The notes under the pieces were generated by a model. That model was not told the DNA's origin. It made no database searches and worked only from the letters and a program-made list of their open reading frames with translations. Of a stretch of DNA of 64,000 bases, positions 51,388-64,000 are shown piece after piece (position 1 is the first letter of the stretch; every line of letters begins with the position of its first letter). The stretch is from Antedon mediterranea (lineage: Eukaryota; Animalia; Echinodermata), in assembly GCF_964355755.1 (NCBI RefSeq), contig NC_092673.1, forward strand, positions 23,185,648 through 23,249,647. The letters run 5' to 3'. The position numbers were made by a program, and so were the translations under genes.

Positions 51388-54300
51388 CTAAACTGCAAAA
51401 CATACTGGTCCAGCTTTAAATCCAAATTGTTTGCTGTTTTTTCCAAAGTCCATGGCGGCAAAGTCAACAATAGGCAACTGATGTAGTTTTGATGTTGATA
51501 TTTCAAATACTGTTTCACCATTCTTGGGTTTATTCTGAAATTGGATAAAGATAACAAAAAATATATTAAATAAGTATGTATTAATTTTAATTTTGTATGT
51601 GAAACTGTGAATCGAATGAAATTTCATAATATTTAATTTCATTTATTGGTTTGACGAAAAACATCTGGGCTTCAAAAGAGACAATGAAATAGCTTGCAAG
51701 CCTGAAGATGATTGGTAAAATTACTTGTGGAGCGCTTATGCCATTGCTTTGTGTCTAACTGGGAACAAACAAGCACAGGCTTGAGCATTTTAATCTTAAT
51801 TTTAGGCCGCTGATTCTTGTACAGTATCATGTCTTCTGACAGCCTATCTATAAAAACTGAATGTTTAGATGGCTGCCTTCTAAATTACTGTCAGTAGCCC
51901 ATGTGAGATCATAATGTATTCCTGGTTAAGAGCTCAAACATCATCAATGCTCTAGGACTGAATCATTAAAATAATACTTACCATACATTCGTCTTTTAAA
52001 ATTGTAGGCTGGTAATCTAAATCATAGCCAAACTCTTCTTCATTGGCGCCTAGAAGACGCACAGCATTGCTATAGCTTTCTTCGTCCGCGTCATACCATG
52101 CAACACTCTTACTGCACTCGTACGTAAAGTTTTGCGTTGCTCGTGTACTCAATAACCTCAAGAATGTTAGCTGTACTTGTCCAACTCTACCATACGTAAT
52201 CTTAAAGATAACGGAAAGAAAGATTCTTCAATTAAAGAACATGAATGCTGAATGCTACCCAACAAAATCTGAATATAGATACATCACCCCCTCCCCCTCT
52301 GCACTATAACCCCTAATGTCAGTGCAAATGAAGCAGGCTCTTTACAATTACATTTACTGAATAAAACCTAACATAATTGTTATTGATGGATTACTTACTG
52401 GATATCCTTGACGGAATTCACTGAAAAATTGGCCTGGTTTAGCATTTTTATATGCACGAGGTTTAGCCTACAGAAATAAAAAAAACACAAATACATAACC
52501 CACACAGACATTTGGCCTATAATGCGCTCTAAAATGACCAGAAATAGTCACTTTAATTTAGTCGTTTTTTATAGCTTATACGATTACTTTTGTAATCTAG
52601 GTTCTAGACAGTAATTCGGCTTAATATTTATAAAAAGAAAACTAATAATTTTGGCACATATGGCGTGTCACAATTGTATAAATTACCAACAAGGGAAAGT
52701 ACGTAACAGGAAAAAATATTAAACACTTATGGCAAAGTTTGCCATAATTATTACGTTTTTATTCTGGTCATTTTGAAGCTACAGGTATACAATACTTACA
52801 AACCATGCATTTATGGGTTTAAATAATAATTAAACACAATAAAAAAAAGTCTCCATATACACAATATAGTAGACTTTACTGCTATAAATTGTAAAGAAAA
52901 AAACACCACACAAGTTAAAAATGGTTTTATGAAAATGTTATTTGAAAATACACCAAGGCAAATTTCATTCAAAAATTCCCTTGGGTCACAAAATCACAGT
53001 AGAATGCCATAGTTCACAAACATTGTAATTTATAAGTGATCAATTCAACACAATATCTTGACCAATCGAAAATGTGATTGGTTCAGTATGTTCATGAATG
53101 CCAAACGAGTTGACAGGCGTAGCAAAAGCAGTCTAAAAATGTAAATCTACTCTAATTCGTCGAAAGAACGACTGTAAAATAATTGAAATTTCAGTTTGCA
53201 AACTATGGCATCATTTACAATAGAAAAGAGTTGAGAGAGAATCTGAGAATAAATCAGTTAAACATCGAATAAATAAAATTATCAATGTATACCGAATCAA
53301 CATCATGGAATCCAACGGGAAGCTGTGAGAGAAATACAAAGAGAAAAACAGAAAACGAAACATATTTTAGATTCTGTCATTCCAATATTTAGAGAACTGA
53401 GGAGAAAATTCAATATTAATATGTTTTCACAGAATTAAAGTTACATAAATTAATTATTGCAATGTAGATTTGTATGAATGATTTTGTCAGTATGAAGAAT
53501 ATAAAATTTAGATATTGTATGAATTTTAATGCGTGGCAACTTACAGAAAGTTGCGAGATATTATGTGCAAACATTCTAAACATATTGAAAATTTGTGCAG
53601 GCTTTCCAAATTTGTGAACTGTGCGCAATGTATGTGCCATGGCAGTATGCGTCATTGAAATGACATGCAGGTTATAACTAGGGTTTTCATAATTTGCTCC
53701 ATGCATACCAAATAAATGATCTGGTATTAACTAATGATGCAGGTTGTAGTGTTTACGCAAGGTGTAAACTATTTGTGGCGTAGGCATGACAAAGTTTCAG
53801 TAAAAGGCAGTGTGGACCAGGGGGCAAAATACAAAATTAACCAATCGAATAGCAATTATACACTCAGGTGTGTTATAAATGATCATGTTCTATGTTGTGT
53901 TTTCCTATAGGTGTGCAGTCACATGGTTTAGTTAAAAACCTACCTCTGCCGTGTCTGGATCAGGATCAACACAGGTTTCACCACCAGCGGTGAAATTACA
54001 GAATACGTAGATAGCATCCCTAGCAACTCCTTGATTGGGATCGATCCAGTAATAGCCTAGAAATAAAAATAGTATCACAGTATTCATAATTATTTATTAC
54101 AATATATAAAAATTGTTGTTCTCTCTAATTAGGGACCAGTTTATATCAAAGCAAGTAATAATTATATTAAAAAAACATACCATCTTCAAAATCAGGATGA
54201 CACATGTGAAGATCTTTACATGTTCGTGCAGGATTGTCTCTTGATCCAACTGGTTGCTTCAATCTCTCCAGTTCTCTCTGAAGCTCTTCCAATGACCCGA

Positions 54301-57300
54301 ACATCTGCTCAAGTGCCTGCCTGTAAATAGGTGGCAGCATCTCAAAGTCTGATTCAGAGAAGTAATCACTGTCATCTCCTTCTGAGACTGCTTCGTTTGT
54401 TTCATTAAAACCATTGACATCTCTTCGTCTACGTCGCTTCACGCTTCCAGTAAACAATGCAGATGGAAGTGATGAACTACTATAAAGACTACTATCACTA
54501 CTAGCGGCTTGGAATGCTTTTGTTGTTGCAATGGTCTTTAACATCGAGTCCAATATTGCTTTTGGTGTTGGAGTGGGTTTGTCTTCATCTGCGGAGTTTC
54601 CAGCATTACCACCGCCATCTGCATTGCCAATACCAACACTACCACCGTAGGCACTTCCTCCACTTCCTCCGTAGGTGCTTCCTCGGTAGACGCTTCCTGA
54701 TACACCACCTCCGGCACCTCCAGCGCCGCCGTTAAACTGGTGGAAATTTGGTCCAGTTGATACGATTCCTCGATCGATAAGATCTTGTAAACTCTGAATG
54801 AATAAATTTAAATATTTAAATATAATAATATAAGCTCATGTAAACTCTGTATATATACATTTCATAATGAATATTTTTTCTTAGTAGTTTACACAATATT
54901 GTTCTTCGTCCAGTGATTTAAAGGATTGTTTGTTTATTGTTTAACCACACACAAAGTATAATAAACTTTTTTTTTTAATTAAGGATAATTATTTACTCGT
55001 TCATTCGAGAAACAATATGCATTAAAATATCCCTTTTACACTGCCAGCAAAAGTGTAGAGTTGATCTGAAATTTTGCAACTCGGGTCGTACTCGAGACGC
55101 AGAAATGCCGAAATGTAGGCCAGTGTAAACCATGTAAATTGCTATTCGGGTTGCTAAACCACCCATATGTAATATATTCAGAGTCAAGCCAACCTGATAT
55201 TGTTTTATTTATTCATATAGATCTGCGCAACTCTTAAAATGTGCATCTTCTATCATATTTTTTTTTCATGGAAAACCAAATTGCAAAATTTAATTGAAAG
55301 ACTTTGTTGAATTATATATTATCAAACAATAGTGATTAACTGTACTTACATCCATTGATGTGCCAGAACCCTGAGGAAAACAAGAAAATGTTTAAATTTG
55401 ATATTTAACTTATTATTATTCATATGATTACAGAGGTTTATTTTACAGTTGCAATTATATTTTATTAGGGACAATGTCAACATTTTTCTACTGCAATACT
55501 GCAGTAACTATATTTTGTTCAGTCTTTAACATGTTTGTGAAGTTATTTAGCAAGCTTTCTTGTGGTATTAAAACTTACAGTATTGACTGCTTCATAACCG
55601 TCTATATTGGAACTAAAAGCATACATTATTGCAGTAAAAAATGTACTTACTGCAGTAAAATAATTTTAACATGACCCCTTATTAGGAAAAGCAACGCAAA
55701 ATGTTGGTAGTTTCCGCTAAGGACGCTTTTTTTCTTCATACAAAAAATTTTGAAATCAAATATGTGATAAGGTCAACATCACAATCGTCAATAATGCTAT
55801 AATTGTACTTGCCACTACCATCGTTATTGTCATTGCAACAATAATTACAGTCTCTTATTCTCAGTATTATAACCATAATTTCATAAGTGTTCTCAATATG
55901 TACTTATACTACTTACTGGTGGTCCTGGAGGTCCCTGTAAGAAAGAAAAGAAAACTTGTATAGTTATGTTTATAATTACATATCTTAAAATTATAATTTA
56001 GAAATAATGATTTATTATGGTAAGGAAATATTTGTATGACTTTATGAGAATAGAACATTATTATTTAACTGGAGGTGTGGATGACATATGCAACAATATT
56101 CATGATGTACAGTTGCCATTCAATGGCACTCATTTGGTTTGTGGGGTCCCCTGCCTTAACCGCTTGACTCCATTAGTGTAGCAAATTAAAATAGTTTTGT
56201 GAAATACTTACAGCTGGACCAATGTCTCCCTTTAAACCGGAATCTCCCTTATCTCCCTTTGGTCCCAATCGTCCTTCTGTACCCTAAAAGAGAACGCAAT
56301 AATTTATTATTTACCTGACTTCCTTAAATGTAAGAAAAAGTTTAAACTGTCCCCTTTCTTGTAATAACTGGAAAAAATTTAGTGATTGGAACAGAAACTG
56401 CGTGCTGCTCAACATAATATGAAAAGATGAATGCTTGGAATTTCCATACGCGAAAAAAAACTACAGAAATCTTTGGATCCTAAGCCAGAAAAGGTTATAA
56501 AGTTAAAAAATCAAAGAAATAGTCTTTGGGCAGGTCAACTAGAATGGATGGACAAAAGCTGTCACTGAATGGATACCAAGAAACAGTGTCACTGTCAGGC
56601 ACCAAAGAATAGAGATGCCACAGGTGTAAGATGGATGAGAACAGCACAGTTATTGAGTCAACTCGAAGAGGCCTTCACCCTGCAGTGGGTTGAAAATGGC
56701 TAGCAATGATGATGCTTCAACTAAATTGCTATTATACACACATTTTCCTTTGGACAAATACAATGAACTACTGTATCAACTATTTACATGTTTCAGTGTT
56801 ATAATGTGTATGCAAGTGTTTCTATTTTATGTCAAATAACATACATATTTACAACTTTAAAATACCAAAACACAACAATTATATGTACTTACTGGTAAAC
56901 CTGATGATCCCGATGGTCCCATAGGTCCACGTGGTCCTTCTGGTCCCTAAAGAAAAAAAGACACCATTATAATTTATATTCTTCACTGTAAGTACAGCAT
57001 GCAAACTGAAAATTATTACCCGGCCAGCTGAAGCTGACTGGGTTCAGCTGAAGCTGACTGGGCTCAGTTTTTGGTTCTTTCTGTCTTCCTTCTTTCTGGC
57101 AACATTATAAAATGGTGTTCATCTGACTTCGGTCAGTATGACTGAGCTTAAGTGTCAAAGGTCACACAATCCATATGATTGGGTTCTATTGAACTATCGA
57201 TAAAGTTTATATTATTTTTGGTTATTTATTCTTACTTCTTAAGGTGAATTGATGAATTCATTATTTATTTAAGATTAGTTGTCCAAATCTATTGATTATT

Positions 57301-60300
57301 TTTTAAGTCCAATAAAACATTTTGATACTTTACCTGTTCTCCATCTGGACCAATGGGTCCTCTTTCACCTACGTCACCCTTATCTCCTTTCTCACCGCCT
57401 GGACCGTCAGGTCCATTCAATCCCATCAACCCAACGTGACCCTATTAATTTAATAAAATGCATTTCATAATGTTGAAATAACAGATTTTTAAAACGTGAT
57501 AATGATGATATATTTAGTGACGATTATTTGTAAACTATAATTTTGAAGCTATAAATGGACGCCTGTGTTTGTTATCTTTTATGCATCTTTTTATGTGCTT
57601 CTTCTGAAATAATAGTCTTCTTAATACATTCTGTAAGTCAGTAGAATTGACATTTGTAATATACTGCATTTTTACTTTAATACTTATTTCCATCCATAGG
57701 GAAGGTGAAGGCATATTATCACTATGATTATGGTATTAAATTCATTTATATCTGTAAATAACAACAACAACAAATACAGAAGAAATCCATAGAGTACTGT
57801 ACCTTAGGTCCAATTTCTCCTACAACACCGGGCACACCACGTTCACCGATTTGGCCCTAAAGTAAGTAAAAAAAATATATAAAAAAAATAATAAGAAATA
57901 AATGAATCACAACCTGCCATTTGTTCTTGTGGCCAGTTGAGCTATCTATCACAACATCGCTTTTCTATTTTACTTTAATGGCTAATTTTAAGCTGTAACA
58001 CATATCTTAATTTTCTGCCATTTTATTTGTTACTGTTAAGAACATTGCTAAATTGTCTAAATTAGGAAATTTGTAAATGTAGATACTTACTTCTGGGCCT
58101 GCTGGTCCTGTTGACCCTGGTGGCCCCTGGTCTCCGGCTTCTCCCTGAAAACAATCAATACACTCAATTACAAACTTTTTGATTCATAATTAATCATTCC
58201 ATGTACTTTGGTACTACTATAGTACAAATATATGTACTGTATTAATCCATATTTTGAAAATTGGTATTTTTAAGTTATATTGCCAGCACGACAGTCCTAT
58301 TTGAATAGTATGCCAGTTGTAGTTGAAGGTAATATATACAGCCATTCGCTAGATAAAAAGGGCTTATTATTAATATTTATTACCTCTTCACCAGTCAGAC
58401 CTCTAGGACCTGTTGAACCTTGTGGGCCTGGTGCACCCTAAAAGAAAAACAAATTACATTCAGTGAAAATGGAAATAGGTGCATATATTTTCGAGATATT
58501 TTATGGTAGATCTTTAAAGTAAAAAACAGGATGTACATTAACATTTACATGGGTAATTAGGAATTACCAAATGCAATAATAATTATGTATATCTTTATGT
58601 ATTGTGTTTATCATATATCGTGTATGATACATTGATTGTAGGTTAAGTAATGCAATTAGGTTAGGCCTATGTATTGTGTTTATCATAGGTTATGTATAGT
58701 GTTTATCATAGGTTATGTATTGCGTTTATCATAGGTTATGTATTGCGTTTATCATAGGTTATGTATTGCGTTTACCATAGGTTATGTATAGTGTTTACCA
58801 TAGGTTATGTATAGTGTTTACCATAGGTTATGTATAGTGTTTACCATAGGTTATGTATTGCGTTTATCATAGGTTATGTATAGTGTTTATCATAGGTTAT
58901 GTATTGCGTTTATCATAGGTTATGTATTGCGTTTATCATAGGTTATGTATTGCGTTTATCATAGGTTATGTATTGCGTTTATCATAGGTTATGTATTGCG
59001 TTTATCATAGGTTATGTATTGCGTTTATCATAGGTTATGTATTGCGTTTATCATAGGTTATGTATTGCGTTTATCATAGGTTATGTATTGCGTTTATCAT
59101 AGGTTATGTATTGCGTTTATCATAGGTTATGTATTGCGTTTATCATAGGTTATGTATTGCGTTTATCATAGGTTATGTATTGCGTTTATCATAGGTTATG
59201 TATTGCGTTTATCATAGGTTATGTATTGCGTTTATCATAGGTTATGTATTGCGTTTATCATAGGTTATGTATTGCGTTTATCATAGGTTATGTATTGCGT
59301 TTATCATAGGTTATGTATTGCGTTTATCATAGGTTATGTATTGCGTTTATCATAGGTTATGTATTGCGTTTATCATAGGTTATGTATTGCGTTTATCATA
59401 GGTTATGTATTGCGTTTATCATAGGTTATGTATTGCGTTTATCATAGGTTATGTATTGCGTTTATCATAGGTTATGTATTGCGTTTATCATAGGTTATGT
59501 ATTGCGTTTATCATAGGTTATGTATTGCGTTTACCATAGGTTATGTATTGCGTTTATCATAGGTTATGTATTGCGTTTACCATAGGTTATGTATTGCGTT
59601 TACCATAGGTTATGTATTGCGTTTACCATAGGTTATGTATTGCGTTTATCATTGGTTATGTATTGCGTTTATCATTGGTTATGTATTGCGTTTATCATAG
59701 GTTATGTATAGTGTTTATCATAGGTTATGTATTGCGTTTATCATAGGTTATGTATTGCGTTTATCATAGGTTATGTATTGTGTTTATCATTGGTTATGTA
59801 TTGCGTTTATCATAGGTTATGTATTGTGTTTATCATAGGTTATGTATTGCGTTTATCATAGGTTATGTATTGCTTTTATCATAGGTTATGTATTGCGTTT
59901 ATCATAGGTTATGTATTGCGTTTATCATAGGTTATGTATTGCGTTTATCATAGGTTATGTATTGCGTTTATCATAGGTTATGTAATTGCGTTTATCATAG
60001 GTTATGTAATTGCATTTATCATAGGTTATGTATTGCGTTTATCATAGGTTATGTAATTGCGTTTATCATAGGTTATGTATTGCGTTTATCATTTGTTATG
60101 TACTGCGGTTGTCATTTGTTATGTATTGTGTTTATCATAGGTTATGTATTGTGTTTGTCATAGGGTTATGTTTCCTTTTACTTACAATTGGTCCAGCTGC
60201 GCCTGGATCTCCTTGTGGTCCACTTGCTCCTTTGTCACCGAACTCTCCCTTTTCTCCTTTCTGTCCAATAACTCCATCTTTACCAGGTGTACCCTACATG

Positions 60301-63300
60301 TTATAATGAAACATTACGGTCATCCTGAATCTAACGCCCGTATTCTTAAACCGGACTTTAGTCGTAGTTCGAGCTAAAACTTTAAAAATGACGTCATTTT
60401 AATTCATAAAACGAACTTCAACTAAATCGCCGACTAATTCAGGCCAACCTCGACTAAATCGAGATGGATTTTGATCGATTTTTTTAGTCCTGGAGGGGGC
60501 AGGCTAAATGGTCGACTAAATGGTTTTTAAACGATATTTATGAAAAACGTAACAGTCATTGAGTTGAAAATCATCTTTATTTACAACTGTATACAAATTA
60601 CATTATTTTCTTCGCGCAAGTCCGACTTGAACTACGTCACGCCATAGCGACAACGGGAGATGCCGAAATTCACCACGCGATGGAATGTTTAGGGGGCCTA
60701 GCGCTTTCTTGTCACGCTATGAAGTGCGTGGTTCATCGCGATCATACTTTGTTGGAGGCCTAGAAAATATGAAAGTTAACGTACCGCCATGGTTCCTAAA
60801 TATATTTTGAAGATTTTGTTTGTTGTTAATCAAAAGTACTTCACTGTTAAATTAATACTGATCTTGTTCTAATAATTAACGATTAAAATTATTTTTCATG
60901 TTTATAGTCCTGATGCGTAAAAAGTGTTGTAAGAAAATGGAAAGTGATATCAATGCGCACAATTTCGTCTGCTCCTCAAATACTCTCTTGTCATTGGCCA
61001 ATGTATAGCCTTTGTTACCCAGACGTGTGCAACTCGACTAAAAGCTCGACTTCATTAAGTCGAACTGCAAACTTTGACTACTTCGTTTTTTAATCGAATT
61101 TGAAGTAACAGCTCGAACTACGACTTTTTCAAGTCGAACTTCGAACTACGACTAAAGTCCAGTTTAAGAATACGGGTGTAAATACCGTATGCATGTAGAT
61201 ATAAATAAAATATCCGCATCCAGCAGTGGGATTATACACAGGGACCTAAAATGTAGGCTAGATTATCATAACTGTCAGGAATTATGTAAGGTTTTATCTA
61301 TTTCATTCATAAATTCTCCGCCATAGGGCATCATGTGACAAAAATCATTTTCGGACACGTTTTAGACCCTATATATCAAATGTCTCATTTTAAAGGAAAA
61401 ATGTATGATAGTTGATGGGTTATCAAGATAAACATTTTTTAAAACCAAAATACTTACAGCTCTACCCCTTGGGCCTGGTGCACCAATGTCTCCTTGCAGT
61501 CCTCTTCGGCCCTATGATAATAAAAGAAAACAATCTTAAATTTATGAATGACTTCAAAGTATTGAGTCTAGTATTTTGGTTTATGTAAAATGTTTTAATC
61601 CATTTTAATCAGTCAATTAAACAAATTTGACATTGACCTATATAATAATGTATTATTATTTCTTTTTTTAAGATTAATTTTAAGAAATAGTGTTTTTTTT
61701 TTCTTTTTTAAAAATTTCATGTGCAACAGATAAATTCTTGAACTCACAAGTTGTCCAGGTGGACCCCGGTCACCTGGTTCTCCTGGACCTCCATCTTGTC
61801 CCTGAAAAAGACAATAAACACTATAGTTAAAAATCACAACAACACACACTGATAATATTTCAAAGTGCATATAAAAACCATTGTACAAGTACATATACAC
61901 AACAAAATGGTAGTAGCATAAATCAATGTCGATGATCTATCAAAATATTTTAATTTAGGGGAGAAAATGCCGTCCCTCCCCTGAAATTTATTTCTTATTC
62001 ATAATACAGTAGTAGAGCCTATGTTTTGTTATATTTAACAAATAAATGAATACAGTGAATATGCAGTGCAAGGGCATATGCTGGTTTTGGCATGAGAAGA
62101 AACACATACACATCAGTTATGACCTACTACTGTACATATCAACTAACATTTTATAAATGTTTTGTACTTACAGGTATACCTGGGGTACCTGGATCTCCAG
62201 CTTCTCCTTGGAAGCCAATTGGACCCTGTAAAATAAAAATAAATACACTTTCTGTGAACATATGATTAAGCAAAAATTATCTTTATTGCTCATTTTACTT
62301 CGACTGTTAATTTATAATAAATATAATACATTATTAATTTAATACAATACTATAAAACCAACTTACAGAATGTCCTTTTGGCCCTTGTGGTCCCTGAGGT
62401 CCTCGTTCACCTGGTGTTCCAGGGACACCTGGGGGTCCTGGTTCGCCCTTTCCGCCATTATCTCCCTTAGGACCCTGTTGGATAATAAAATATTAATTAA
62501 TAATATAATACTGTAAAAATGCAATAATGAAAATTAATAGACTGAATATAAACTTTTTGCTTAATAAATGTGAATTTAATAATAGTTTATCTCCATTCTC
62601 AAATGAAAGTATACTATATATAGTAACTACTTAAAAAGTAGAGTAATACATACGCCAGGTCCAATACCACCATCTTGTCCGGGAGCTCCGATGTCACCAG
62701 TATCACCCTATTAAGTAAATAATATTAATAATATTATAAACATAAGCTATATTTTCTTGTATAAACTTTATTTCCAAATCCATAATAACAAATTGGTAAA
62801 CATACCTTTGGTCCTCTAAGACCGTCAGGACCTCTTGAGCCGGATACACCAGGTGGACCCTATAGAAATGAAGAAGAAAATATGTCATATGGGATTCCAT
62901 AAACTGAATACTTGTTATCAACACATTTTATGTATAATGTTAAAAGTAAATATATGATCTAGAAATTTTAATTGTTCTTTTAATTAGTTTCCTTCAAGGC
63001 TTTCAAGGTCACACGTCCGCTTTCCATGGAAAGCAAAAGGAATATGAGGACGATGTCATGCGTTAGAGACGTTTGTACGGCCCGCTACGTCGCCTGGACT
63101 ATTCCATTTTCCTTTCGAGGGGTGTCCATATTGGGACTAATGGCATATGTAGAGTCTATACAGATAGGGATCTCACGAAATAGACAAATATATGATCTAG
63201 AAATTATACAAAATTGTCTTTAAAAAAAACCAGGAAGGGCAACTCTAGATGTTTTGTAGTATTTTTAGACAAGATTATACTAATATTAAGTGTTACCAAT

Positions 63301-63926
63301 TTAGAAACTTCCCAATAAACTTGTTATGATCTTACAACCTCCTCAAACACATGACCTAAAAATGTCTAATGTGCAAAAATGTTATTATGTGTCTTACCTC
63401 ATTTCCTCTAGCACCAGATTTTCCTCTTGGACCGATACTTCCGGTTAAACCCTAAAAAAAAACCACACACAATGAGAATGTATAACAATATGTTAATATA
63501 ATAATAATGGATGCAATGAATGTTTGTAAGAGGAAGGAAGACGACGAGATGGAACACATCAAGGAAAAAGTTGAGTAATAATAATGAATATTTAAACATT
63601 TAAATATTGCATCTTGGAGATAATACGTTGTTAAAGCGTGGTTTCCACTAGAGATGCAACACAAAGACGTACGCGCAATGCAAGAGAGTTGACCAATGAT
63701 AAGCCACTGTTCAAATCGCTTGTGATTCGTCAAATCACTTGTGTTGCGTTACGTCGCTAGTGGGAACCAAGCTTTACAGAGAACCAAGCAAGGTTTATGA
63801 TATGATAGTCTGCTGAGCAAAATTCCAATTTTAAGCTACATTAGCGCACAATCAATGTATGGTTATACTTACTCGTTCACCTCTATCTCCTTGTTCTCCC
63901 TTCTCACCTGGTCTACCAGGAGCACC
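51388..63926 (-). CDS. Fibrillar collagen alpha chain, clade B (COL5A1/COL11A1-like), 5'-partial, 22 exons in window
   Basis: Gly-X-Y phase-0 exons: 63873-63926, 63398-63451, 62806-62859, 62654-62707, 62367-62474, 62172-62225, 61748-61801, 61458-61511, 60186-60293, 58384-58437, 58091-58144, 57803-57856, 57334-57441, 56893-56946, 56212-56283, 55917-55934 (eleven of 54 bp, three of 108, one of 72, one of 18). These are followed by 55350-55370, 54181-54793, 53944-54056, 52399-52467, 51982-52200 and 51388-51534. COLFI motifs: [74 protein letters not shown], the furin site and the separate 69-bp exon point to clade B. Confidence 0.93.
53293..53322 (-). CDS. Candidate in-frame 30-nt micro-exon ([10 protein letters not shown]) in the collagen C-propeptide
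   Basis: The minus strand reads a long pyrimidine tract ...TTTTCTGTTTTTCTCTTTGTATTTCTCTCACAG|CTTCCCGTTGGATTCCATGATGTTGATTCG|GTATAC. It is phase 0/0 like its neighbours and has no stop codon. Confidence 0.5.
56400..56714 (+). mobile_element. Degenerate RTE-clade LINE 3' fragment in a collagen intron
   Basis: Fragmentary translation WAG..., [19 protein letters not shown] followed by an (ATG)n tail. Confidence 0.6.
58669..60170. repeat. 23-bp intronic minisatellite, ~65 copies
   Basis: Unit ATGTATTGCGTTTATCATAGGTT, nearly homogeneous in the centre and degenerate at both edges. Confidence 0.97.
60335..61178. mobile_element. PIF/Harbinger-type non-autonomous element (844 bp), TAA TSD
   Basis: TAA|CGCCCGTATTCTTAAACCGGACTTTAGTCGTAGTTCGA ... 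TCGAACTACGACTAAAGTCCAGTTTAAGAATACGGGTG|TAA: ~38-bp TIR with 2 mismatches and a 3-bp TAA TSD. Confidence 0.85.
63632..63776. mobile_element. MITE family B, copy 2 (opposite orientation)
   Basis: TAAAGCGTGGTTTCCACTA ... TAGTGGGAACCAAGCTTTA. The internal TTGTGATTCGTCAAATCAC is the near reverse complement of copy 1's interior. Confidence 0.8.
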
Positions 63927-64000
63927 CTATAGAATATAATAAACATATTAACATTTATCGACTTGTCTTATATGTTGCACTGTTTATTTAATGAAAATGT

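Noticed and set aside
59957-60377. Cys/Tyr/His-rich ORFs on the + strand
   Set aside because: They are translations of the 23-bp minisatellite and the antisense of a collagen exon.

Overview
AT-rich eukaryotic (invertebrate metazoan) genomic DNA with GT-AG introns; no prokaryotic operon, CRISPR array or defence system is visible. Two extracellular-matrix genes converge tail-to-tail. (1) On the + strand is the 3' portion of a hemicentin (HMCN/him-4 family), with 58 exons traced from 1520 to the stop at 42867: the end of the first Ig domain plus 33 further Ig domains, 6 TSP1 repeats, a nidogen-like G2 domain, about 8 Ca-binding EGF modules and a fibulin-type C-terminus. The N-terminal VWA part lies upstream of the window. 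(2) On the - strand is the 3' portion of a clade-B (type V/XI alpha1-like) fibrillar collagen, with 22 exons from 63926 to the stop at 51388. Between the genes are a 51-bp minisatellite and a ~5.2-kb inverted-repeat-bounded element filled with a higher-order array of palindromic units. Introns contain a non-autonomous Helitron, a Helentron/HINE-like element, a tRNA-derived SINE with a TSD, RTE-LINE remnants, several MITE families and a 23-bp minisatellite. The most notable observations are a tandemly amplified exon/intron junction giving about 12 serial 5' splice donors, a candidate in-frame 30-nt micro-exon and a lost Cys3 in the collagen C-propeptide, a ~130-aa Gly/Ser/Tyr-rich C-telopeptide, and the hemicentin/clade-B collagen adjacency. 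All coordinates were read by eye; no database searches were run.
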